Below, one piece after another: positions 1-9,937 of a stretch of DNA of 64,000 nucleotides. The stretch is taken from positions 1-64,000 of the IMG/VR virus record IMGVR_UViG_3300033233_000006; one strand, 5' to 3'. The stretch's first letter is position 1, and the number at the start of each line of letters is the position of its first letter. The position numbers and the translations under genes were made by a program. Under the pieces are notes generated by a model. That model was given only the letters and a program-made list of their open reading frames with translations. It searched no databases and was not told the origin of the DNA. This DNA comes from a virus.

Positions 1-94
1 GGGGTTGAAGAAGCTCACGTCCTCGTTCTACCCACCGCCCCGTTTCCGAGAGGCGAGGAGCGCCAGCACACACACGTTCTACTTCGACTCGCGG

Positions 95-328
95 TCACAC
101 TAGCTCCGCCAGCCGCTCGACCGCGTCGAGCACGCGCAACTCGTCGTCGAAGTACGACCGGGACGATCGCGCCTCATCGTCGAGGGTGACCGTCACGAGG
201 TGCTCGTCGAGGATCACGACGACGCTGCCACGCTGACCGTAGTGAAGCGAGACCCGTAGCTCGGAACTGATGCTGACGACCTCGACGCGGTCGCCCACCG
301 CGACCAGATTCGACTTCGAGCCCTTCAC
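95..328 (-). CDS. Small KOW/SH3-like protein with C-terminal tag
   Basis: VAVGDRVEVV near N-term; ends LDAVERLAELV; GTG overlaps upstream stop. Confidence 0.75.
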   Translation of the reverse strand: MKGSKSNLVAVGDRVEVVSISSELRVSLHYGQRGSVVVILDEHLVTVTLDDEARSSRSYFDDELRVLDAVERLAELV

Positions 329-507
329 GCCAGCTCGCCCAGCAGCTCGACGGGGTCTACGACTCGGAACCAGCACGAGAGCACTGCGAGGATCGTCCCG
401 TCGGCCAGCTCGATCGTCCAACGCTCCCCGTCGCAGGCCGTGACGATGCCGCGGTCTCCGTACCGCAGGAAGCCCTCTCCGGTGATCTCGACGGTCGAGC
501 CGATCAT
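325..507 (-). CDS. Small SH3-like protein with C-terminal tag
   Basis: MIGSTVEI...VDPVELLGELA. Confidence 0.75.
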   Translation of the reverse strand: MIGSTVEITGEGFLRYGDRGIVTACDGERWTIELADGTILAVLSCWFRVVDPVELLGELA

Positions 508-743
508 GGTTGCTGTTCTACCTCGTCCAGCGACGCGAGAAGCTCGACGACATCGTCCGTCGGCCACACGTTCCTGCGGTCGCACGGCGTGTAGCAGCTG
601 CCCCACCTCGGATCGTTCAGCTGGACGTGGATGGAACCACCCGCGCTTACGAACCGGAAGGTTCCGCGCATCCCGCCCGCGACCTCGATCGGGGTCTTGT
701 AGGGGAGCTTCTCCCACTCCTCGATCGTCAAGAAGCGCGTCAC
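504..743 (-). CDS. Small protein with C-terminal tag
   Basis: GGAGG RBS before GTG; ends DDVVELLASLDEVEQQP. Confidence 0.65.
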   Translation of the reverse strand: MTRFLTIEEWEKLPYKTPIEVAGGMRGTFRFVSAGGSIHVQLNDPRWGSCYTPCDRRNVWPTDDVVELLASLDEVEQQP

Positions 744-1457
744 ACCGACCTCCTGCTTCGAGCCGCTTGCTCGACTCGGCCACGGTCGCTGTTCTACCTC
801 GACCAGTCGGATCAGGCTCCCACGACGACTCGCGGCGGCATCGGTGCTGACAACTTCAGGATCTTGTCTATCCCCGCCAAGTCCGATCAACTTCAGCGAT
901 GCGCACTCTCCAGTGAAGTGATGCGCATCTTTGGAAATTCCGGCATCTTCACCAACCATGTGTGTGGTCGATCTCTCCTGTGTGCGGGTGAGCGGGGCGA
1001 GCGGGGTGAGGTGATGAGGAAAGAGGAGGCTGTCTGAGTGATCCAGGCCGGGACAGGAAACGCGGTCAAGCAGCGCTTCCGAGACGTGTCGGTGTCCGAG
1101 GCATCCTGGGAGGGACATCGGGGCCAGAAGACTTAGGAGGATTGCTTGGGGGAGGGGCGGACATGCGTGGACAAGTGATGCGCAATTCTCAGAGAGGTCA
1201 GGTCTTGGAAGGTAGCACGGTGAGACATGACCAGAGCTAAGTGCTGCCCTCTCCGAGATGGGCATCACTAAAAGGAGCGGATAAGGCCCTTTGCGCGAGA
1301 GCCGATACCAAAGATCACCCGGAACCACCGTGTCCTAGCGGGCTCCGGCGCCTGATTTTAGAACACTTCCCCGATCCGAACTCTAAGCGACTGGTTGGGG
1401 CTTCTCGGAGATGATCTGCGCGGCGCACCTCCGCTCGCCGACGGCTGTCCTAGCGGG

Positions 1458-1898
1458 CTACGGAGCCCGCCCTTCGCCCGGCGGATGTGTGATGGGGATC
1501 GGACGCTTGTGGGGGCAGATCCCACCGCCTACGCGTTTTCCCCAATTGCAGTTCTGGCAGAGGACGCCGAAGCCGTCGGGGTAACCGGTTGTCCTGAGCC
1601 AGAAGTAGAAGCCAGTGCCGCCCCGACGAAGCAACCTGCGCTGTTTGTTTCCGCCGCCAGTGAGGTGGTCAACTACGAGAAACTCGACTGTCGACTCTGA
1701 ACAGCATGAGCACTTGGGTGGCGAACCGCCGTAGTGTGCGAGCACTTCGAGCCGCAACTTGACGCGGGTCTTGGCGCAGAGCCGCCCGGCATAGGTCGGG
1801 TCGGCATCACGACGTGCTTGGGCTTTTTCGGCGCCACACGCCTTGCACCGATAGCGCGGGGGGAGTTTTTCTACACCGTGCTTCGCGCAGACCGCCAT
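1458..1898 (-). CDS. HNH-like Zn-binding endonuclease
   Basis: CSCC...VDH..GGG...GFGVLCQNCN; paralogous to 51034..51693. Confidence 0.75.
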   Translation of the reverse strand: MAVCAKHGVEKLPPRYRCKACGAEKAQARRDADPTYAGRLCAKTRVKLRLEVLAHYGGSPPKCSCCSESTVEFLVVDHLTGGGNKQRRLLRRGGTGFYFWLRTTGYPDGFGVLCQNCNWGKRVGGGICPHKRPIPITHPPGEGRAP

Positions 1899-2180
1899 CG
1901 CCTACACGCTAATGGCACCAAGCAGAGATGTCAACAACGACTCATCGTGAGTGGCGTGGTGAGACATCTAAGGCTCACCGTGCGACATAAGATGACCGCT
2001 CCAGGCTATCGGCGTCTCACGCTGCGACATCGAGATGGCCTGCGGCGGCGATCGCCGATGGCAACTACTCCGACCAGGAGAGGCCGCGCTTGGTCGTCTT
2101 ACTTGCCGTTGAGGTGGGGCCCCAGCCGAGAGGCGAAGCCTGTCCTAGCGCCGGAGGCGCGGGAACAGACTTCGTCTGTC

Positions 2181-2843
2181 CTAGCGGGCTTGTTCGCTTC
2201 GCCATCCGAAGGCGTCGTCCTGCTCGCGCTCCTCTTGAGCGGTGTCGGAGCCGATCGGTGTGGGCGGCGCCATCGTGAACTCGGATTGCGAAGCTGTCGG
2301 TGCTGATGTCGAATCCGGCTGGAGGCGCGTGTTGAGACCTGGCATCGTCTCCGGTCGAGGTTCGAGTGGAACGTAGGTATTCCTAGCGGGTTGTGATGGC
2401 GGCGCGTTGCGGATCTGGTCGCCGACCGATCCCCTCTGGTTCCTCTCCACGCTGCCGAGGACCAAGTAGCCGGACTTGGTCACCACGTTGCCGCTGGGGC
2501 GGGCACGACGTTCTTCTGCCTCTATCGCCTCCTGCGCCTCGATCTCGGCGAAGGTCATGAATCCATTTCTCGGCTCAGGACTCGGCTGTGTCAGCTCGGG
2601 CTGTGTCAGCTGTGTCGGTTGCGTATCTTCCTTCAACTCGGGATGTTGCTCGGTTACCGGCTTGAATGAGAAGTCGGGCGACGACGGTCTTCCCGTCGCG
2701 AATCTGGTGAGAATGTCCCCGGCGACCTTCGAGATCGACACCACACCGCAGTCGCGCCGGATCGCTTCGAGCCTCTCGGCGACCTCATCGCTCACGTAAG
2801 CCGTGACTCGGATTCGGTTTGTCTTACCCACGTCGTCCTCCAC
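2181..2843 (-). CDS. Protein with N-terminal ribbon-helix-helix-like domain and low-complexity tail
   Basis: IRVTAYVSDEVAERLEAIRRDCGVVSISKVAGDIL fits the RHH pattern. Confidence 0.55.
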   Translation of the reverse strand: MEDDVGKTNRIRVTAYVSDEVAERLEAIRRDCGVVSISKVAGDILTRFATGRPSSPDFSFKPVTEQHPELKEDTQPTQLTQPELTQPSPEPRNGFMTFAEIEAQEAIEAEERRARPSGNVVTKSGYLVLGSVERNQRGSVGDQIRNAPPSQPARNTYVPLEPRPETMPGLNTRLQPDSTSAPTASQSEFTMAPPTPIGSDTAQEEREQDDAFGWRSEQAR

Positions 2844-2996
2844 AAAGCTGTGTCAGCTTCGGCAGCAAAGCTGTAACAGCTTTCCGTCCGGCGGCCTTGT
2901 TGGCGAGATCAGCTGCTCGGCGAGGTGACGCAAGGCCCGACGGCCTGGTCACTAGCGTGAGCTGTTACAGCTGTGTCAGCTCGGGCTGTGTCAGCT
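2585..2996 (+). repeat. Dispersed GCTGTGTCAGCT repeats (about 5 copies)
   Basis: Copies near 2585, 2600, 2847, 2970, 2985. Confidence 0.7.
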
Positions 2997-3139
2997 TGCT
3001 CGAAGCGCACTCGAAGCGCGCCAGTGATGATGTTGTTCACCACGTCGAGATAGTCCATGCCCGTCTTCGCGACGACCTTCTTCACAACCTCGTGGGCCTC
3101 GCGACGGATGCGGAACATGCGAGGTCGGTCGGCTCTCAT
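2909..3139 (-). CDS. Small RHH-like DNA-binding protein
   Basis: RMFRIRREAHEVVKKVVAKTGMDYLDVVNNII beta-alpha-alpha pattern. Confidence 0.5.
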   Translation of the reverse strand: MRADRPRMFRIRREAHEVVKKVVAKTGMDYLDVVNNIITGALRVRFEQADTARADTAVTAHASDQAVGPCVTSPSS

Positions 3140-3185
3140 GGCTAGCCACTCCTAGCTATCCATCTACTTGGTCCTTCCGACAAAG

Positions 3186-3584
3186 TCAACTGGTGATTGG
3201 CGGCGCCTCCTCGGCGAGCCGCCAGACCATTACGCCAGTCGCCGCCGCCTCGACGAAGTTACAGATCCTCTTGCAGTCGAAGCAGACGATCTCCTCGGTG
3301 CCGACTCGGTCGAGGTCTTCGTGCTTGCACTCCGTCTCGTGATCCTCACGTTCGATGCTCGCCAGTGCGTCAACCACGTCGAGTCGACGAAGGTCGTTCT
3401 TGTAGAGCGTCCAGTCGGAGGTGATGTAGCGGTCCAGCCTTACACGAACTGCGTAGGCGTTGTTCTCGCACAACCCGATCACGGTGCCGGAGAAGCCTGG
3501 TCCGGGCCACGGGTAGTCACCACGCTCGATCACGACTCGATCGCCGACTCGGAACTCAGGTGTGGGGTCGATGACTTCGATCAC
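3186..3584 (-). CDS. KOW/SH3-like protein with tag and Cys-containing extension
   Basis: EFRVGDRVVI...LDVVDALASIE then CxH/CxxC tail. Confidence 0.75.
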   Translation of the reverse strand: MIEVIDPTPEFRVGDRVVIERGDYPWPGPGFSGTVIGLCENNAYAVRVRLDRYITSDWTLYKNDLRRLDVVDALASIEREDHETECKHEDLDRVGTEEIVCFDCKRICNFVEAAATGVMVWRLAEEAPPITS

Positions 3585-3943
3585 TACTCCACCTCCGCCA
3601 GTCCCCCGAGCAGGTCGACCGGGCTCGGGTGGGTGACCAGCTTCGTGACGCGCTCCCAGTCTTCCTGCTGGTTGAACACCCAGCGCAGGAGAGGCATGAG
3701 GCGGACGAGCTGTTCGATCTCCGTGCCCGCCAGTCGCACAACGAACCTGTCAGTAACGACTTGGCTGTCGTTGAGGAGCGCTCGCTTCAACGACCAGAAC
3801 TTGTTCCGACCAGAGACGGCGCTCGACACTCGGTCGTGGGCTTCGGCAGACATCGACAGCGACAGCAGTGACGGCCCCAGCCACCTCGGCTCGAACTCAC
3901 ATGGCTGTCGATGCTCGTTCACGCGATGCCCGCCCCAGCGCAC
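3584..3943 (-). CDS. Hypothetical protein with C-terminal tag
   Basis: Ends SPVDLLGGLAEVE; start uncertain. Confidence 0.65.
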   Translation of the reverse strand: MRWGGHRVNEHRQPCEFEPRWLGPSLLSLSMSAEAHDRVSSAVSGRNKFWSLKRALLNDSQVVTDRFVVRLAGTEIEQLVRLMPLLRWVFNQQEDWERVTKLVTHPSPVDLLGGLAEVE

Positions 3944-3949
3944 CGAGTT

Positions 3950-5134
3950 CTACCTCGTCGAGTTGACGGACGAGCTGGTCGGCAGGTTGACGATCGGTTT
4001 CCACTTCGAGGCGTAGTCGAAGATGTTGGCGAGGAAGCAGCGGTCGTAGAGCGACTCAGTCCTAGCGGGCCCTCCACCCCCACCGGCGGTCGGGCCAGCC
4101 TGGGCGGCCTTCATCTGCTTCTCGATCGCCGGCCTCAAGCTCTTGAGGGTATCGCCGATCCGTCCGCCGAGCTTGGCCGCCTTCCAGATCGGCATGAAGC
4201 GAGCCTCGCCCATCTCCTGATCGTGCGATTGGTCCGGGTGGGTGATCGGAGTTCCGCCGGTGTGCTGCATGAGGTAGTAGTGCGACTGGTTCTCGTAGGA
4301 GAAGTGCTCCTCGTTGGCGAGGTGGTCCTTCATCTTGTCGATGAACTCCTCCTCGCCGGGGTGGGCCTTCTTGAGCGCGCTCACCACTAGCGGGAGGTCG
4401 TACTTCCCTCGCTCGCCGAACGTGGAGGTGTGGACGAAGGGTTCGTGACCGGGGATCACCTTGGCCTTGACGCCGGTCTCCTCCTCGACCTCACGCGCCG
4501 CCGTGTCGTGAATGTGCTCGCCCTCGTCTGCTCCGCCCTTGGGGAAGACCCACTGTCCGCCCCACTTCGGGTGGGTCTTGGCGACGAGGATCTCCAGATC
4601 GTCCGGGTGGGCAGCGTCGAAGTTCTTGAACACCACTCCGCCGGCAGCAACGCGCTTGAGCGGACCGAGCTTGCGGACCGACCTGGCGAGGTGATGGAGC
4701 TTCTGCTCGTCCGGCGAGTAGGCCCTCGGTGGCGCCTTCGGCTTGTCGCTCGGCTTGTCGCCCCAGTTGCCGGGCTTGCTCTCGTGCCCGAACAGCGAAC
4801 TCCAGAACTCGTGGGAGGGCTTCTTCTCGGTCTTCCCAGCGGGCGCCTCCGGCTCGTCCGAACCCCAGTACTTCGACTTCTTCTTGACCGGCTCTTGAGG
4901 AGGCGGTTGTTGAGCTGGTTGCTGGGGCGGCTGCTGGGCGGCCTGCGGAGGAGGTTGTTGTGGCTGGGGCTGGGGCGTTGGGGCCGCCGGCTTGGGTTGT
5001 TGTCTCGGAACTCCGTAGGGAAGAGCGATCGGGGCCTTGCCCTTCAGGTAGACGGGATGGCCCTTGATCATCGCCCAGTGTCCTTGCTGATCACCGGGCT
5101 GGGGAGCCGCCTCGACCACTCGATCCCAGAGCAT
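3950..5134 (-). CDS. NUDIX hydrolase with Pro/Gln-rich N-terminal extension
   Basis: Nudix box GGADEGEHIHDTAAREVEEETGV. Confidence 0.9.
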   Translation of the reverse strand: MLWDRVVEAAPQPGDQQGHWAMIKGHPVYLKGKAPIALPYGVPRQQPKPAAPTPQPQPQQPPPQAAQQPPQQPAQQPPPQEPVKKKSKYWGSDEPEAPAGKTEKKPSHEFWSSLFGHESKPGNWGDKPSDKPKAPPRAYSPDEQKLHHLARSVRKLGPLKRVAAGGVVFKNFDAAHPDDLEILVAKTHPKWGGQWVFPKGGADEGEHIHDTAAREVEEETGVKAKVIPGHEPFVHTSTFGERGKYDLPLVVSALKKAHPGEEEFIDKMKDHLANEEHFSYENQSHYYLMQHTGGTPITHPDQSHDQEMGEARFMPIWKAAKLGGRIGDTLKSLRPAIEKQMKAAQAGPTAGGGGGPARTESLYDRCFLANIFDYASKWKPIVNLPTSSSVNSTR

Positions 5135-5146
5135 TTCTCGAATCTA

Positions 5147-5551
5147 TCACGACGACTCGTCGAGTGCAGCGATCGAGTCGACCAGCGGGAGCTTCGCCGT
5201 GAGCCCGACTCGGAGAATGCTCCAGAGTTCCTCGGCGTGCTGGGGCGTGTACATCGCCAGGTAGCGAGTTCCCTCGACAGCGACGTGGAGAGCTTCGCGG
5301 AGGTCGGCGATCACAAGACGGCGCTTGGTTTCCGGGTCGTGCTTGCCGTCCTTCAGGTGGCCTTCAGCTCGGTCCACCGAGATGCCGAGCGACCAATCGA
5401 AGCGATGGAGGCCGTCCCGTTGGCTGATCTTCGCCCGAGCAGCGACGTAGCCGTGGGCACCCCGGAAGATCGAGATGACGAAGGCGAGGAGGTCGGCCTT
5501 GTTGACCTCGAAGTTCCGCTCCAACAAGACTTCGAGTTCGCGAGGGTTCAC
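5147..5551 (-). CDS. Hypothetical protein with C-terminal tag
   Basis: Ends PLVDSIAALDESS; GGTAGAAC 6 nt upstream of GTG. Confidence 0.7.
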   Translation of the reverse strand: MNPRELEVLLERNFEVNKADLLAFVISIFRGAHGYVAARAKISQRDGLHRFDWSLGISVDRAEGHLKDGKHDPETKRRLVIADLREALHVAVEGTRYLAMYTPQHAEELWSILRVGLTAKLPLVDSIAALDESS

Positions 5552-5648
5552 TCGGGAGTTCTACCGCGAGCGTAAGTCGTGGTTCCTGGCCCGGACCGAC
5601 CGGCGGCAAATTCTGCGTGTCAGTCCCCGGCCAGTCCCCCGAGCAGAA

Positions 5649-5681
5649 CTGGCCGCCTGCTGGCCGCCTGCTGGCCGCCTG
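5649..5681 (+). repeat. Tandem 11-bp repeat CTGGCCGCCTG x3 (intergenic)
   Basis: Read directly. Confidence 0.9.
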
Positions 5682-5870
5682 CCGGGCAGTTCGACCAAGC
5701 CACCGGCACTTACGACGCGACTGCCGGCGCTGGGCAGAAAGAGATGATCCAGCGCTGGGCCAGAAGCAGACCCGCTGGCCTGAGCCGGCGGCGGATCAGC
5801 CGCAGATCAAGCAGTTCAAATCAACACCGAACACCAAGCCGTCGTTTGGGCCGCAGAACAGGGACTTACG

Positions 5871-7862
5871 TCAGTCCGACCCGCCGTTGCCCTTCATCCG
5901 GGCGCGCATCCTGGCGCCGGATGCGCCAGACTTCTGGCCGACCTTGATCGTCTGGAGCGGAATCGCTCCGACTTCTGGCGGAGGAGCAGTACCGACGCCG
6001 GTTCTCCCCGAGCCGACGGACACGCTCTGGTACTTGTTGCCCGGCATGTCGGACTGTTCCACCGCCTTCCCTTCGACGACGGAGTCGAGCATCCGGTCGA
6101 ACAGGGTGCCTGTCCTAGCGGGCCCCCCTTCGGACTCCTCCTTCTCGCCGCTCCGGGTGAGCCGCGCCGCCGCGGCGTGGACGTTGTCCTTGCCGGCGAA
6201 GTAGACGCCGCCCTTGGTCCTCATCTGATGCGCGAGGTGGGCGTCGCGAGCTGCGTGAGCCGTGTCGGCGATCCGGCTGATCTTGGTGTGGTGCTCGTGG
6301 TGGCCGTGATCCTGGGGGAACATGGCGTCGTTGCCGATCTTGTGGAACTTCTTGAAGCCCTCCATGCCGCCGTGGAGGAGCTTGTGGAGGGACTTCGACT
6401 CGGCGTGGACCTCGGCGGCACTCGGGTCGTCGGCAACCGACTTGACGAGGTGGTTGAGGTCGTGACTGCTGACGTGAGCCCCGTGCTCGGGGTGGAACCA
6501 GGCGTCGGCAGTGGCGAGAAGGTTGTCGTGGATCGACGCCTTCGGATCGAACTCGTCGTGGTTCGTGACCGCGTCGTGGAGGGTCTTGGTCGAGCCGCCG
6601 AACAACGCCTGGGCGAGATGCGGATGCCAGCGCGGATCACCAGGCTGGGGGTCGGGCGCCTCCCACGACTGGGCGTCGCCGCCGAGGTGGGCGTGGACGA
6701 ACTGCGAGACACCGTCGTTGCCGTCCAGCTCGGGGCCTTCGTGATGAACTCCGTGCTTGGCGTGCTTCTTGACCTTCTCGATCGTCTCCGGCGCGAGGTT
6801 GGGCATCGCACCGTGCTTGGAGCCGACCACGATCGAATGGCCGTGCTCGAAGTGCGGATCGAACTCGGGCTCCTCCGGCTCCTGCTCGTCACGGGGAACT
6901 CCTGGCTGCTGGTTGCGACCGGGATCGAGGCTGCGGTCGAGGGCGGCCTTGAGCTTCTTCGCCTTCTCGTCGTCCGGGCTGGCCTTCTTGGCTGGCTTGC
7001 CACCAGCGGGCGGTGCTCCGGGCTTCGAGCCGGGTTCGACCGCCGGGTGCCCAGCTCCGCCCTCACCGGCGTTGGCTCCGTCGGCCTCGCCGAGCGCCAG
7101 CGAGAGAAAGCGCGATTCCTTCACGACCTTGCCGCCTTCCATGTTGTCGAACTCCGCTCTCTGCATGATGTCAGGTGGGCCGCCATCGGTCATCGAACTT
7201 CCGAACGGCGGAGCTGGGCTCATCCCAGCCCCGCACGGCTGGTCGGCGGTGGTCTTTCCCAGCGGGATGCGGTACTTCTCCCAGCCCCAGACCTCGACCT
7301 CGGTGACCATGAAGCTGCCCGTCGGCTTCGGCCCGGAGTAGGCTGGCTCGCCTTTGTTCACGTAAGCGAGGGTCGTGTGGAGCTTGAAGGTCCGGGCGCG
7401 GTCGCTGAACGATGGCTTGACCTTGGTGTGGCCGTAGGTGTGGCCGACCAAAACCCCGCACGACTCCACCGCCGCGAACAGGTCAGCGTGCAGTTCGCCG
7501 ATGGTCCTGTAGTAGACACCAGTGGGCCCCTTCACTCGGATGTCCGCCGTTGGCTCCATGTGGGCGATCGTCTGGGCCTTCTCGTTCTTGAACTCGGCGT
7601 AGGCACGCACGTTCATCGTGAACGGCGGCCAGTCCGTCACGCACTCCCGGACGGCCTCGACGACTCTCGTCTGCTCATCAGCAGTGACTTCACCGATGTA
7701 GAGCACCGTGACGTGCGGGATCGAGTCGTCCTCATCGCTCTTGTCGGGGAAGTGCTTTGCGAGGTTGCGGGGCAGCGGGATGAACACGCCGCAGGAAATC
7801 TTCCCGGTCTTGTCGACCTCGGTGGTTTCCAGCACTGGAACAACGCGGTCGAACAGGCTCAC
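5871..7862 (-). CDS. 2H phosphoesterase (2'-5' RNA ligase/Acb1-like) fused to long low-complexity and His-rich regions
   Basis: Two HxT motifs: PHVTVLYIG and LHTTLAYV. Confidence 0.8.
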   Translation of the reverse strand: MSLFDRVVPVLETTEVDKTGKISCGVFIPLPRNLAKHFPDKSDEDDSIPHVTVLYIGEVTADEQTRVVEAVRECVTDWPPFTMNVRAYAEFKNEKAQTIAHMEPTADIRVKGPTGVYYRTIGELHADLFAAVESCGVLVGHTYGHTKVKPSFSDRARTFKLHTTLAYVNKGEPAYSGPKPTGSFMVTEVEVWGWEKYRIPLGKTTADQPCGAGMSPAPPFGSSMTDGGPPDIMQRAEFDNMEGGKVVKESRFLSLALGEADGANAGEGGAGHPAVEPGSKPGAPPAGGKPAKKASPDDEKAKKLKAALDRSLDPGRNQQPGVPRDEQEPEEPEFDPHFEHGHSIVVGSKHGAMPNLAPETIEKVKKHAKHGVHHEGPELDGNDGVSQFVHAHLGGDAQSWEAPDPQPGDPRWHPHLAQALFGGSTKTLHDAVTNHDEFDPKASIHDNLLATADAWFHPEHGAHVSSHDLNHLVKSVADDPSAAEVHAESKSLHKLLHGGMEGFKKFHKIGNDAMFPQDHGHHEHHTKISRIADTAHAARDAHLAHQMRTKGGVYFAGKDNVHAAAARLTRSGEKEESEGGPARTGTLFDRMLDSVVEGKAVEQSDMPGNKYQSVSVGSGRTGVGTAPPPEVGAIPLQTIKVGQKSGASGARMRARMKGNGGSD

Positions 7863-7912
7863 CTAGCGGACCTCGGGGCTCCCCCCAATGATCCGCTACT
7901 CGGGGCTCCCGA

Positions 7913-8137
7913 TCAACCGCCGAGCGAGCCCAAGATGTCCACGAGGCTCATGGGTTCGAGCCGGTCGGCCCCGAACCGGCGCACGGCCCTGAGTCCGTCG
8001 ATGTGGATCAGGTAGGTCGAGCCGGCGATCTTGACGACTGTGCCCTCGGTCGGCAGCTTCGCGCGGAACGCGCCCTCGCGGAGCACGCCCTCCTCTTGGG
8101 TGGGCATGACCCGAACTCGTGCTCCTTCGCCGATCAC
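7913..8137 (-). CDS. KOW/SH3-like protein with C-terminal tag
   Basis: MIGEGARVRV...SLVDILGSLGG. Confidence 0.75.
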   Translation of the reverse strand: MIGEGARVRVMPTQEEGVLREGAFRAKLPTEGTVVKIAGSTYLIHIDGLRAVRRFGADRLEPMSLVDILGSLGG

Positions 8138-8571
8138 TGCTGGTCCTCGGGCTTGGAGCCCAAGATGCCCAAGTCGTCGAGATACTCCTCGAACTCACCC
8201 TCGCTCAAGTCCGGCGCCTTCGAGTGCTCCTGCACGAGAGTCATGAGTTTCTCGCGGCAGAGCTTCACCAGCTCCTCGGGCAGCGGCGGAACTGCGATCT
8301 GCCCAGCCTGCTCGGCCAGCTCGCCGGAGGTGGGTCCGTCCTTCTTGTTGTTCCACGACTCGCCGGTCGCCAGCGCGTAGAAGAGGCCCCGGATGTCCGC
8401 GCGCGTCGTCTCGTCGCCAGCGTAGTAGCTCACCAGCGCGTCGAAGGCCCGGTGGGGGTCCTCCCCGGCCTGGGCCTTCAACTCCTCCTTCATGAGACCT
8501 TCGGGGAGGTGACGAATGAACTCGTCGTTGTGCTGCTTGATCTGGTCGAGCGGGATCGGGTTGGTGCTCAC
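8134..8571 (-). CDS. Hypothetical protein
   Basis: GGAGG RBS, protein-like composition, coupled to next gene. Confidence 0.75.
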   Translation of the reverse strand: MSTNPIPLDQIKQHNDEFIRHLPEGLMKEELKAQAGEDPHRAFDALVSYYAGDETTRADIRGLFYALATGESWNNKKDGPTSGELAEQAGQIAVPPLPEELVKLCREKLMTLVQEHSKAPDLSEGEFEEYLDDLGILGSKPEDQQ

Positions 8572-8596
8572 GACCGTCCTCCGATCACGTTCTACC

Positions 8597-8866
8597 CTAG
8601 TGGCTCGTCGGCTTGCACACGAGCTTGAAGCGGTCGATGTCGATGAGCGCCTCGGGGTAGCCCCATTTCGATCTGTTGAGCACGGTGCAGATGATGACGG
8701 GGCGGTCTTTCGAGTAGCTCCAGCCAGCGCACTTCACGAGAAGGCGGCGCTTGAACGAGAGGCCGTTCCGTCTGGGGGGCGCCTTCTTGTCCTCCCAGAT
8801 GGACCCGACAGCGATTCCGGCGGCGTCCATCCGCCTCTCGATGGCGAGCCGGTCGGGCGCGGCCAC
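8597..8866 (-). CDS. Hypothetical protein
   Basis: Fits the leftward gene run. Confidence 0.6.
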   Translation of the reverse strand: MAAPDRLAIERRMDAAGIAVGSIWEDKKAPPRRNGLSFKRRLLVKCAGWSYSKDRPVIICTVLNRSKWGYPEALIDIDRFKLVCKPTSH

Positions 8867-8869
8867 GGC

Positions 8870-9310
8870 CTAGATCATCTCCTGAACGTAGCCGTTGGTG
8901 AGCTTCCGCAGGCGCTCGCACACGTCGCGGTAGCGGATGCAGTCCTTGGACGAGAAGCCCTCCTGGTTGTCGCGAAGCGAGATGAACCAGTGGTCGAGGG
9001 AGTCCTTCTCCAGCTCGCACTCGGGGAGCGTGAGGTTCTCGACCTTGACCGTGTAGCGCGTGTCGAGTCGGGGAGCCGGTTCGAGCGACAGCTCGACCTC
9101 GGCGACCTCGACCGGCAGCGGCTCACCGTCCTGCTTGATCTCGTAGAGGACTTGGCCGCCAACTCGGCTCGCGTCCCGGACCAAGCCGGAGCGCTGGGTA
9201 GACGAGCCGTCGGACCACACGACCCGGTGCCCGTTCTGGAACTTTGTGCGCCGCTTGGGGCGCGGGGCGAACGGGTCTCGGCGCTTGTTGTTGCGCTTGG
9301 TCTTGTTCAC
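8870..9310 (-). CDS. Hypothetical protein
   Basis: Downstream of a TGCAAC motif and RBS. Confidence 0.7.
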   Translation of the reverse strand: MNKTKRNNKRRDPFAPRPKRRTKFQNGHRVVWSDGSSTQRSGLVRDASRVGGQVLYEIKQDGEPLPVEVAEVELSLEPAPRLDTRYTVKVENLTLPECELEKDSLDHWFISLRDNQEGFSSKDCIRYRDVCERLRKLTNGYVQEMI

Positions 9311-9622
9311 GGGTCGGCTCCCTTCGTTGGATCGTCCGTTGGATTGACACGGGGACTCGCCGGAGTTGCAGGACGGGCTTGGGTGCCGGCTTGGTCGCAG
9401 CCGCCGGACGCGACACGAGCCGGACGACCGCGATCGCGTCCGGGACCTTCGCTACGCGGTTCTCGCCGATCATGCGGGCTTTGGTCACGGCGAGCAGCGC
9501 CGGAGAGACTCCCTCGCACACGGGGCAGTAGGAGTAGAGCCCGAAGAACCCGAACAGTTGGTGTCGACCGCAGAAGAAGTCGTAAGGACCCCAGTGAGCG
9601 GGGCGCCTCTTGTTGTCCACGG

Positions 9623-9937
9623 TCACTCCGTCGCCTCGGCCTCGGCGACTTCGTCGTCGCCGCGCGAACAGAGGTTGCAGACCCCTTCGTCGTTGAGCGT
9701 CGTCTCGGGCGGGAAGACAGGAGCGTCGCACTCGGCGCAGAACTCCTGCTCGTCCTCGGGTATCTCGCGGACGTTGGCAACCGCCTCGGCGAGTCCGGCG
9801 CCGCTGTAGACCAGCTCGGCCCCGCTCTCGTAGGACGTGAGCGTGAGCGTGTAACCGGCACCGTTCGACTCGAACTTCACCGACCACAGCAGGGCCAGCT
9901 TTTCGAGCGTGGTCTCCAACTCGGTCTTCGCGGTCAC
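9623..9937 (-). CDS. Hypothetical Zn-ribbon protein
   Basis: CAEC...CNLC. Confidence 0.65.
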   Translation of the reverse strand: MTAKTELETTLEKLALLWSVKFESNGAGYTLTLTSYESGAELVYSGAGLAEAVANVREIPEDEQEFCAECDAPVFPPETTLNDEGVCNLCSRGDDEVAEAEATE

